Source: a virus
Lineage: Duplodnaviria > Caudoviricetes
Strand: one strand, 5' to 3'
Length of the DNA: 56,378 bases
Virus record (IMG/VR): IMGVR_UViG_3300037961_003088
Span: 1-56,378 of that record
Both the position numbers and the translations under genes were made by a program. Positions 30,480 through 38,822 of this stretch are shown here, one piece after another. The notes under the pieces were generated by a model. The model was not told where the DNA came from. It saw only the letters and a program-made list of their open reading frames with translations, and made no database searches. Positions within the stretch are counted from its first letter, which is position 1. Every line of letters begins with the position of its first letter.

Positions 30480-30710
30480 TTACTTAGTCTTGCCACCACC
30501 AAACATTTTTTTAACGTAATCTTGAAACATTATTGGTCCGCCATTATCTTTTCTAGCTTTTGACGCACCACCAGCTCTAAGGTTCTTTTTAGGCATTTTG
30601 CCGCCTCTAAGATTTACTTTTTTCTTTTTAGCTTTAGCTTTAGCGGCTTTACCACCTTTCATACCTGGAGCTTTTTTCTTTTTCATTTTATCTTTCATCA
30701 TGCCTGCCAT
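30480..30710 (-). CDS. Very Lys-rich small protein with repeated xxGG motifs
   Basis: MKGG, LRGG, RAGG, DNGG, FGGG; AGGAGG RBS. Confidence 0.7.
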   Translation of the reverse strand: MAGMMKDKMKKKKAPGMKGGKAAKAKAKKKKVNLRGGKMPKKNLRAGGASKARKDNGGPIMFQDYVKKMFGGGKTK

Positions 30711-31222
30711 TTTGTCCTCCTTTCAGTAAGCATTTTTAAAACATTGTCAGGATAATTTTTATAATACCCTTTCTTCATTATACTATCAGACGCTTTTACT
30801 AATGTATCTAATCTTTGTAAATAAATTTGATAATAGTCTTCGTCTAATTCAGATTCAAAATTTTCTTGATCAGCAGAATAATCTATAACAGTATCAGGAT
30901 GTGATCCCATAATATATAAATTTTTTTTAACTACTACATCTAATAAAATTTGTAATCTATCTTCAAATTCTTCACAAGTTATTTCTTCGTAGTCACTGCC
31001 ACAATATATTATGACATCATAACTATCGTCAAAATCTTGTATATACTGTATTAAATCTTTCCAAAGACCTCCCTCCCCTGATACAACTTTTACTCTTTTC
31101 TTATTCCAAGAGTGTTCTGCAAAAGGGCAAGCAGGTAAATTATTAAATTTTTTATTTGGTTTTTCTAATACATCAGAACTCCATTGACGTATTTCTTTCA
31201 TCAATAGAGTTTTATCTAACAT
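30698..31222 (-). CDS. DUF1415-like protein
   Basis: CPFA and SHPD motifs, LQR near the C-terminus. Confidence 0.5.
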   Translation of the reverse strand: MLDKTLLMKEIRQWSSDVLEKPNKKFNNLPACPFAEHSWNKKRVKVVSGEGGLWKDLIQYIQDFDDSYDVIIYCGSDYEEITCEEFEDRLQILLDVVVKKNLYIMGSHPDTVIDYSADQENFESELDEDYYQIYLQRLDTLVKASDSIMKKGYYKNYPDNVLKMLTERRTKWQA

Positions 31223-31506
31223 TATTTTTTAACAGATTTCTTTTTAGGTTTGCTAGATTTCTTTTTTAGAGGAGCTTTACCTGAAACATAAGCTTCGTTT
31301 ACATCTGGAGTAGATTCATCATCAGCTATAAAATGACCTTTATCATTTCTAGCTCTTTTACCTGAACCAGATAACTCTGCGTGTTTACGTTCTGCGTCTT
31401 CTAAATCAGGATCTGGACCAAATACTGGTCTAAGTATTCCATCATCATCTTGTTTTAAAACAAAATATTGTGCAGGAAAATCACCATTTTCAGAAATATA
31501 ATACAT
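31222..31506 (-). CDS. Hypothetical protein
   Basis: RARNDKGHFIADDESTPDVNEAY motif; AAGGAG RBS. Confidence 0.65.
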   Translation of the reverse strand: MYYISENGDFPAQYFVLKQDDDGILRPVFGPDPDLEDAERKHAELSGSGKRARNDKGHFIADDESTPDVNEAYVSGKAPLKKKSSKPKKKSVKK

Positions 31507-31515
31507 AGTTTCTCC

Positions 31516-31923
31516 TTAGTCAGAGTACACTTTAATCATCTCTAAGACGATTGAATATGTATCTCCTGAACTGTGTCCTTTAGTAGTAAATAAAATGTCT
31601 CCATTCTTGCCACTTCCTGCATTATTAGGAAGACCACCAAAGTCTTTGAAGTCCATATGTCCATTACTACTTTCTGCTAATTCCATAAGTAAAACATTAG
31701 AAGAAGCATTAAGAAATAATTGAACAGACATACCAACGATAGCATGACTTACTCTAAGTACTCGTACTTCTGAACAAGCCACGCCCTCTGCATTAGGAGC
31801 TAATTCAGAAACATCTACTTTAGCTACCGCAGATTCGCCAGTGCCATCACTAACATTAGTAAACTTCATAACACAGTTTCTTTCACCATCTATGATAGTT
31901 TGTGAAGTTACTGTATCAGCCAT
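31516..31923 (-). CDS. Virion structural protein
   Basis: MADTVTSQTI.DG...TNVSDGTGESAV.KVDVS; post-capsid position. Confidence 0.65.
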   Translation of the reverse strand: MADTVTSQTIIDGERNCVMKFTNVSDGTGESAVAKVDVSELAPNAEGVACSEVRVLRVSHAIVGMSVQLFLNASSNVLLMELAESSNGHMDFKDFGGLPNNAGSGKNGDILFTTKGHSSGDTYSIVLEMIKVYSD

Positions 31924-31935
31924 TGTTTACTCCTA

Positions 31936-32463
31936 TTAAGATTGGTCGGTAAATGCTGGAACATCTGCACCTTCTTGGCTACCCCAGATATACCAGTTTG
32001 TTGAATCTTTTGCCAATATATTAATCTCAAACACACCGAAGTCTGTAAGAGTTAATATAGAGTTTGAGTTTCCATCTGCGAACACAGATACGTTATCTGC
32101 ATTTGAATCTAAATGAACAATACCGCCTAAAAAGAAGTTGGTATCTGAACCTGAATCAATGATAAGATTTTCTGTTTCTTCTGCTGCACCACCATAAATA
32201 ATCTTGAAGTAAACTCCTGCTGATGGTGAAGGAAGCGATAATGTGCAGTTCTGACCTAGTGCAGGTACTACTGATACCCTACCACCATGTGTTGCTGCTG
32301 TTAGCGAAATAGCTGCTGAATCAGCTAGTGCTACAGGTGCTACTTGTAAACCTGAACCATCTAATACAAATGATTCTGTTACAGCTCCTGAGCTTGAATC
32401 TTTAGATATGACTTTAAAGCCATTTTCGGACCTTACTGGTCCATTAAAAGAAGTATTTGCCAT
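31936..32463 (-). CDS. Capsid-associated (decoration/fibre-like) protein
   Basis: MANTSFNGPVRSENGF start; gene immediately after the MCP. Confidence 0.6.
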   Translation of the reverse strand: MANTSFNGPVRSENGFKVISKDSSSGAVTESFVLDGSGLQVAPVALADSAAISLTAATHGGRVSVVPALGQNCTLSLPSPSAGVYFKIIYGGAAEETENLIIDSGSDTNFFLGGIVHLDSNADNVSVFADGNSNSILTLTDFGVFEINILAKDSTNWYIWGSQEGADVPAFTDQS

Positions 32464-32484
32464 GTTTCCTCCTTCGGAAAAAAA

Positions 32485-32542
32485 TCTATCGTCTTGGCTT
32501 GTCTGCTAGGGCAGTCGATAGAAAAGTTAAAAAAATCCCTAG
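32485..32542 (-). ncRNA. Pseudoknotted RNA element downstream of the capsid gene (probably Mu-gpT-DE-type motif)
   Basis: Minus strand: UCUAUCG/CGAUAGA stem with inner CUG/CAG hairpin whose CCCUAG loop pairs with upstream CUAGGG; location matches the described Mu-gpT-DE context. Confidence 0.6.
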
Positions 32543-32548
32543 ATATAG

Positions 32549-32571
32549 AAAAAGGGGAGCTTATGCTCCCC
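32549..32571 (-). terminator. Rho-independent terminator after the major capsid gene
   Basis: GGGGAGC-ATAA-GCTCCCC followed by TTTTT on the minus strand. Confidence 0.85.
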
Positions 32572-32578
32572 TAAAGTA

Positions 32579-33520
32579 TTAACTTGATCCTGGTGAACCA
32601 AAGATACCAAGTGGATCAGATACTCCAAAGGAATATCTTTCTCTAGCTTTGTATCTAACATTACCAGTGTCAAAGTCTCCGTCCATGCTTGAAACCATAG
32701 GACTTCTGACAAAATGCTTCATGCCATCAGGCACATCAGTGATTAAAAAGAAAGCATTTGTATCAGTTAAATAATGATTAACTGAATAGCCTTCTGGAAT
32801 CACACCATTGTTTCTAATTGCATTGATGTCATTGTCAGCAGAACTAGGTCTAAATTCACTCTCCAGTAGTCGAGTTGCAACAAACTGTAGGTCTGATGGA
32901 ACGATTAACTTTCTTGGTCTTGCTGCGATTTTAAGACCTCTTTCATCAGTCCATTTACCGATTTGAATTACTGCGTCTTCTAAAGAAGTTTCATTTAAAT
33001 CAGCACCTGTAACTGGTCTGTTTGAGTTCTTACCGCCATTAACCAATGGATGTCCGTCACCACCAGTAACTCCATCACCACTTGCTGTAAATAGGTTTAC
33101 CCCATCTCCAGATTGGAAAGAATTACTGAATCCATTATTCAATGGAAACGCTGCTTTGACTTGCTTTGTGTAAGCCATAGCTCTTGCTAAAGCTTTTGTG
33201 TATCTAGCAGATAGTGAAACATAGAGATTATCCTCCATAGCTTCTTCTGTGATACTAAAGCCCATAGCAATAGTTTCATGTGAATAACGTGCTACAAAAG
33301 ATTCTTGTGCGACATCATAAGATACTGCTGCACCTTCATCTTTTACTGGAGCAGCTCCAAATCCTGAAAGTTTTAGTTCCTCTTCAAATGATCTCTCAGA
33401 GTTTTCACTTACATAAATTTGTTCATGCTCGTTTTCGTAATTATTGTACTCTTCACCAAACAGTGCATTAAGTCCAGGAAGAAGTTGTTTTAGCTGATTT
33501 GCTCTTGAAATAGCTGCCAT
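32579..33520 (-). CDS. Major capsid protein (HK97 fold, Mu gpT-like)
   Basis: AISRA.QLKQLLPGLNALFG, SERSFEEE..LSGFG.AP.K.EG, YKARERYSFGVSDP. Confidence 0.9.
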   Translation of the reverse strand: MAAISRANQLKQLLPGLNALFGEEYNNYENEHEQIYVSENSERSFEEELKLSGFGAAPVKDEGAAVSYDVAQESFVARYSHETIAMGFSITEEAMEDNLYVSLSARYTKALARAMAYTKQVKAAFPLNNGFSNSFQSGDGVNLFTASGDGVTGGDGHPLVNGGKNSNRPVTGADLNETSLEDAVIQIGKWTDERGLKIAARPRKLIVPSDLQFVATRLLESEFRPSSADNDINAIRNNGVIPEGYSVNHYLTDTNAFFLITDVPDGMKHFVRSPMVSSMDGDFDTGNVRYKARERYSFGVSDPLGIFGSPGSS

Positions 33521-33532
33521 GTTATTCTCCTA

Positions 33533-34120
33533 TTAACCTATACCTGTTGTGTTAAGTAGTTGATGTCCAACATTGAACATAACTAATACGTCAGTTTTAC
33601 TATCACCAATAGCACTATCTGGACCATCAACAAAGTCGATAATCTTTAAAGGTAGTGTATTAGTTGTTGCTGCTGTACTACCATCAATGGCGTTTTTACT
33701 AACACCAAAAACTGTAGAACCAGCAGTTTGTACCACTGCTACATTCTTGCCCAAGTCATCTTGGTCAAGCGATTCATCTGATTGCATTTGCATTACTAAG
33801 AATGGATCAGACGCTACGTAAGCAATAATATCATCTGCTGCTGTTGAAGCAGGATATTGATTGTCTTGTCGAAATTCTCCTGATACTGGATCAGTGTAAG
33901 AAACTCCCAAGAAAACACCAATAGGTGTTAAAGAGGTTGTTCCTGTATCTTTTTGTATAGTTGTGTTTGGATTATCATCCGCCCACTTTACAAAGTCACC
34001 ATAAAATATGGCTGTGCCATAATTATTTTTAATTTTATAGTGAGAAATCTTTGCATTATACGCACAAGATACTAATGATCCTACAGGTCTTGCACCATGA
34101 GGTGCTGCACTTGCTGCCAT
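33533..34120 (-). CDS. Minor capsid/decoration protein
   Basis: Immediately upstream of the MCP; IFYGDFV, IGVFLGVSYTDP motifs. Confidence 0.6.
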   Translation of the reverse strand: MAASAAPHGARPVGSLVSCAYNAKISHYKIKNNYGTAIFYGDFVKWADDNPNTTIQKDTGTTSLTPIGVFLGVSYTDPVSGEFRQDNQYPASTAADDIIAYVASDPFLVMQMQSDESLDQDDLGKNVAVVQTAGSTVFGVSKNAIDGSTAATTNTLPLKIIDFVDGPDSAIGDSKTDVLVMFNVGHQLLNTTGIG

Positions 34121-34166
34121 TTTATCTCCTTAAAATGATTAAAATTAATTGTTAATATAATAAGAT

Positions 34167-34679
34167 TTAAGAATCTCTACCAAAAGTTGTTTTTGTTTTT
34201 CTCTCAAAAACTTGTTTTGTAGCCATTCTAGAATCTTGATCTTTAAAATATGCGTTATCAACAGATTCCATTTGATTAGCAGCCATATTCTTAAAGTATT
34301 GATCTCTAGTGTCTGCTTTCTCTTTTGGCATTTTGCATAATAACTGACCACCTATTTCTATATGTCCTTTTTCTGCCCATTCGGACTTATGATCCATCAT
34401 CTGAATATGTAGTTCTGGATGATCTTCCGCTTTACATGGAATCCAGCCCTCTCTGAATTTTTTTGACACATTAGGATTATCAGTATTACCTAATAAACTA
34501 GTTCTAATATATCTAAAAACCCATCCAGCTTGTGGATTTGGACTTGGTAAATTAGATGGATTTTCCCAACTCTCTACTCGTTGAGTTACCTCTCGGCTTT
34601 CTGAACCCCTAGGGTTACGCACTTGATCAGATTCAACTGAATCTTTTTCGTTTAGTTTTTCTTCAAATTTATCATTCAT
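34167..34679 (-). CDS. Head-module hypothetical protein
   Basis: GWVFRYIRTS..G..D..NVSKKFREGW...IGGQLLCKMP. Confidence 0.65.
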   Translation of the reverse strand: MNDKFEEKLNEKDSVESDQVRNPRGSESREVTQRVESWENPSNLPSPNPQAGWVFRYIRTSLLGNTDNPNVSKKFREGWIPCKAEDHPELHIQMMDHKSEWAEKGHIEIGGQLLCKMPKEKADTRDQYFKNMAANQMESVDNAYFKDQDSRMATKQVFERKTKTTFGRDS

Positions 34680-34683
34680 ATAA

Positions 34684-35721
34684 CTAACCTTTTAATAGTT
34701 GTTTTGCGTATTGCTCAGGCGTAATACCAAGTTGTCGTGCTAATTTAACTTGCGTCTTAGTCAATACTACGTTGCGAGGGTTATTATTCCCGCTATCCCT
34801 CGTTGCAGGTGCGACAACATTTGCAGGTTGTCGTTTTTCTTCAGTTTGTACCACTTCATTCTCTTGTATGTTTTGCTGTGATACACCAAAAAAACTTGGA
34901 AACTCTTCTCTCATTCCTTTGTCTATTTCTGCATAGAATTTTTCTGAATCTCTAACTGGATCAATATTTTCTGATTTTAACTTTTTATCTAAATACAAAG
35001 AATAAGATGTCATTTGTTGATGATTTGGATCGTTACTCATAAACCAAGGATTTTTTTGTGCCCATGCGTTTAAAGCAGGATCAGGTTCTGGTAACTTTTG
35101 TTCAGTTTGTGCTTCTGGTATTTGCTGTTGAATAGCTTGTGCATATCCAGGTGCTTGCTGTTCAGCTAAAACTGCTTTAGAAAGCTCCTCTTGTGCTTTT
35201 GCCATTTCATCTGAGTTACCTTCATCATATGCTTTTTTATATTTTTCTTGTGCATTTAACTTAGCAAACTGAGCATTATTTAAAGCTTGTTGATTTAATA
35301 CTTTACCACCTTCATCTACTATGGTTTGTAATCTTTTATTTTCATTTAATATAGTTTGTAATCTTTTAACTGCTTCAGTAGATTCTCTTTGTGCTGCTTC
35401 TTTAGCTCTACGTTCTTCATGAAACTCATATTTTATTTGATTTATTCTATCTGCAGCTCTTTTGCTATATTCAGATATTTCTTTATCTACTTCTTCGTTA
35501 TCAACTTTTTGTTCTTTATTTTGTTTTTTTGCTGGTCGTCTATCTTCTTCAGGCGTATCATCTACAATTTCTACAGCAACGTCTTTACTTTCTTTAACTT
35601 CTTTATTTGCTATTTCAGTTTGTACACCAAAAAATTTATCTTCTTGTGTCTGTGGAACTACTTTTCCATCAGCGTCTTCTTCAAACGTAGTCTCTATTTT
35701 ATTTTCAGCTTGATCACTCAT
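34684..35721 (-). CDS. Capsid scaffolding protein
   Basis: Acidic N-terminus, long coiled coil, W...NPWF, C-terminal LARQLGITPEQYAK. Confidence 0.7.
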   Translation of the reverse strand: MSDQAENKIETTFEEDADGKVVPQTQEDKFFGVQTEIANKEVKESKDVAVEIVDDTPEEDRRPAKKQNKEQKVDNEEVDKEISEYSKRAADRINQIKYEFHEERRAKEAAQRESTEAVKRLQTILNENKRLQTIVDEGGKVLNQQALNNAQFAKLNAQEKYKKAYDEGNSDEMAKAQEELSKAVLAEQQAPGYAQAIQQQIPEAQTEQKLPEPDPALNAWAQKNPWFMSNDPNHQQMTSYSLYLDKKLKSENIDPVRDSEKFYAEIDKGMREEFPSFFGVSQQNIQENEVVQTEEKRQPANVVAPATRDSGNNNPRNVVLTKTQVKLARQLGITPEQYAKQLLKG

Positions 35722-36113
35722 GCTCTTACCACTCCTGTTGGATCTTCGACAACTGCTTCTACAGTATCATCATTAATTAAACGAAACTCTTTTCCATACA
35801 TTTTCATGCGAGTTCCTGAGTAAGCTCTGAAAACAACCCAATCACCTTTTTTGCACCAAGGTCCACTAGGGAATCTATTTTTATCTTTGTAACAATCTGG
35901 ACCTAATTTTAATACATATCCAGAAATATTACTGACCTCTTCATCTCTAATAGTTTGTGTAGCTTTTACAATACCACCCTCAGTTTTTTCATCTACTTCA
36001 GGCATAGCTACTAAAATTTTCCAGCCTTTAGGTTCAGGTAATTGACTTTTAATTTTAGAATCTACTTTAGGTTCTGCTACACTTTCAGGTTTTATATTTA
36101 CAGCGTCACTCAT
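35718..36113 (-). CDS. groES: Co-chaperonin GroES-like protein
   Basis: P.GWKILV...EKTEGGIV...VLKLGPD...KKGDWVVF..YSGT.M...GKEFRLINDD.VEAVV (Cpn10 pattern). Confidence 0.85.
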   Translation of the reverse strand: MSDAVNIKPESVAEPKVDSKIKSQLPEPKGWKILVAMPEVDEKTEGGIVKATQTIRDEEVSNISGYVLKLGPDCYKDKNRFPSGPWCKKGDWVVFRAYSGTRMKMYGKEFRLINDDTVEAVVEDPTGVVRA

Positions 36114-36118
36114 AATAT

Positions 36119-36331
36119 TTATTTTCTGGAGTGTTGCTCTAGCCAATCTAAAACTTCACGTTCTGCAATAGCTAATCCATTTATAACACCACACATAGAT
36201 TTATACTCTGCATGATCTTTACAACTACCTGTTGATATATGATCTGCGTGTTCATTCATATGTTTACGTAGAGTTTTTTTAAGATACTCAGACAGTGATT
36301 GCTCTTTGATTGCAACTTGCACACTCTTCAT
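36119..36331 (-). CDS. Small protein downstream of portal
   Basis: EYKSMCGVINGL motif; coupled to the portal stop. Confidence 0.65.
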   Translation of the reverse strand: MKSVQVAIKEQSLSEYLKKTLRKHMNEHADHISTGSCKDHAEYKSMCGVINGLAIAEREVLDWLEQHSRK

Positions 36332-38814
36332 TACTGAATATCTTTAACTATATCTTTTGCTATGTCAAGCCCTAACTTAAAGTCTTCTTTGGATTGCTTT
36401 TTGCTTTCACGATCTTGTTCTTGCAATGTGCTAGCAATATCATTACCAACTTTCATACCCTCTAAGATAGTTTCAGCTTTTAATCTATCTCTTTCTATTG
36501 CTGCTTCAATAGCTCTTAATTCTTGTTCAGCTGCTTGTTTTTGTGCAGCTAATGTAAATCTAGCTTGATCACCAATAGATTTTCTCTGTACTTCTGCTTC
36601 TTTTGCAGCAACTTCTCTTTCTCTCATTACAAGCATTGGATCTCTCTGTTGCTCTTCTATTCTTCTTTGATCCTCTCTAAGTTGAGCATTTACTCCAACT
36701 CTCTGAGCAGCTTCTGCAACAAGTTCTGATATTCGTTTTTCAATATCTACAGGGATAGGTTCGCCTAGTGGTGGTAATTCTATACCCATTTCTTTTTCTA
36801 CTTCATTTCTAAACTTCATTGTTAAATGATCTATTACATAAGCTGAACCTGAAGCTAATATATTATTAGCTAAAGGCGACTGCTGCACTAAAGCGACTAT
36901 CTCTGGGTTTTGTTGTGCAGCAACCACTGTTTGTATGTGTGCGTCATGATCTTGATGTTCAAAAGCTTTTACTGGTTTATTATTAATAATATTCTGAACT
37001 GCTGATACAGGATCTACTGGATCAATATCATCAGATTCAGGAACTATATTATCTACATCTTGAATGCCTAAAACTTCTAACATTTGTCTGTGTAATTCTT
37101 CCATATCATACATCTGCGGTGCAGATTGTGCTAATTGAAATGCTGCTTGATATTGCATTATTCTTTGTGCCATAGTAGCTGCATTTGGATCTGATACAGG
37201 TAAAACATCTACTCTATCGTCAAAGTCTTCAGACTTTATAAATTCTTCATCACTGACTTCATATGGATAACTTGGATTACCAAAGTCTTTAATTATGCCA
37301 ACTAGAATATTAAACTCTTTTTTCATGGAAGCATGAAGTCTAGCTTGCACAGCACTCATAACTTTCATGTTTCTTTCAAGTAAAGCAAGAGTAGTTCCCA
37401 CAGGAGCTTGATTATTCATATCTGATATTTTCATATCTGAAATGCTAGCAAAACGTCTGCCCTCTTCTACTATGTTTTGCAGTAACTGATAAAGTGTAGG
37501 AGATGGCTCTTTATATGGTAAAAAGGTTATATTGTCTTTTATAGCTCCACCTGGTACATCTACATCTCTAAACTCACCTGGCATAATAGGAGTATCATCT
37601 CCTTTAATACGTAAACCTCTAGCTTTTAAACCACCTGGTAAATTAGACAATGTTCCTGCGTCTACTAGCTGTCTTAGTAAACTAGTTGCTGATTTAGCTA
37701 AACCACCTATCATATGTATTAAACCAAAGCCATAAAAACCTAAACCTGGTAAATACTGATAATGTACAAAGTGTGATCTTTTCTTTTTTTGTTCATCATC
37801 TTTATAGTAGTTTCTTCTAATGCTTAAAATTTTACCGCTTGGATATTCAAGAGTTACTACATAAGGTAATTGTATTCCTGTAGCAATACCATTTTTCATA
37901 TCTTCAAAACCAGGCAAATCTAAATTTACTTGCATTTCTAATATAGTGTGTCTTTGATCATATGATCCAGATTGCATTTCACCACTAAGTTCATCATACT
38001 TTTCTGTAATATCAGAATAACTACTTTGTGATTCAGATAATTCTATATCTCTATAAAAACCACTAACTTGCATTTTTCTTACATCATTAGCTGATTTACG
38101 CATAACATGAGTTGCTCTTTCACAAGTTTCTAAATCACTTGCTCCATAATTAACAACTACATCTTCTGATGGAACAAATATACCGCTAGGTCTATCTAAA
38201 TTAGGATCATAGTAAATTTTTCTAAAAGCTGAACCTGCCAAAGGTAATGAAAATAATAACTTTTCTGTTTCTGTTCTATATTCAGACATCTCATGAGTTA
38301 ATAAATAATTCATGTAGTCTTCTACTCTGCTAGCCTGTTTTGACTTTTCATCAGTTATCTTGCCAACTATTTTTGCTTTTACTGGACCTTGTGCTGGAAA
38401 TATTTCTGATATTGCTTGTGACTGAAATCTAATTATTGCTTCAGATAACATAGGATGAAAAACACCACAAGCTCCGTTCCAAGGCTGTGTACGTTCTTCT
38501 ATTTTTAATCCAAGTTGATCTAAACCTTTAGTATAGGTATCTTCCCACTCTTTTCTTGAATCTTTATCCATGCTATAAGCATTAATTAGATCAGAGCCTA
38601 TTTTATCTAAATCATCATCAGATATAAAATTTACTAAATTACTATCAAAAGAACTTGGATCTTGTTCTTGTTGTGGATCAAAATCTATGATCATACCACC
38701 ATCTTCAGTTTCTACAGCAACTGATTCTGGATTTTCTATTGTTATACTAATATCATCTATTTCAGGTTCTTGTTCTATAGTTCCATCAATAGGTGTTCTT
38801 GGTTCTATTGCCAT
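36331..38814 (-). CDS. Portal protein
   Basis: 827 aa directly after TerL; LPLAGSAFRKIYYD, FYGFGLIHMIGGL, C-terminal coiled-coil barrel. Confidence 0.9.
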   Translation of the reverse strand: MAIEPRTPIDGTIEQEPEIDDISITIENPESVAVETEDGGMIIDFDPQQEQDPSSFDSNLVNFISDDDLDKIGSDLINAYSMDKDSRKEWEDTYTKGLDQLGLKIEERTQPWNGACGVFHPMLSEAIIRFQSQAISEIFPAQGPVKAKIVGKITDEKSKQASRVEDYMNYLLTHEMSEYRTETEKLLFSLPLAGSAFRKIYYDPNLDRPSGIFVPSEDVVVNYGASDLETCERATHVMRKSANDVRKMQVSGFYRDIELSESQSSYSDITEKYDELSGEMQSGSYDQRHTILEMQVNLDLPGFEDMKNGIATGIQLPYVVTLEYPSGKILSIRRNYYKDDEQKKKRSHFVHYQYLPGLGFYGFGLIHMIGGLAKSATSLLRQLVDAGTLSNLPGGLKARGLRIKGDDTPIMPGEFRDVDVPGGAIKDNITFLPYKEPSPTLYQLLQNIVEEGRRFASISDMKISDMNNQAPVGTTLALLERNMKVMSAVQARLHASMKKEFNILVGIIKDFGNPSYPYEVSDEEFIKSEDFDDRVDVLPVSDPNAATMAQRIMQYQAAFQLAQSAPQMYDMEELHRQMLEVLGIQDVDNIVPESDDIDPVDPVSAVQNIINNKPVKAFEHQDHDAHIQTVVAAQQNPEIVALVQQSPLANNILASGSAYVIDHLTMKFRNEVEKEMGIELPPLGEPIPVDIEKRISELVAEAAQRVGVNAQLREDQRRIEEQQRDPMLVMREREVAAKEAEVQRKSIGDQARFTLAAQKQAAEQELRAIEAAIERDRLKAETILEGMKVGNDIASTLQEQDRESKKQSKEDFKLGLDIAKDIVKDIQ

Positions 38815-38822
38815 TAAATATC

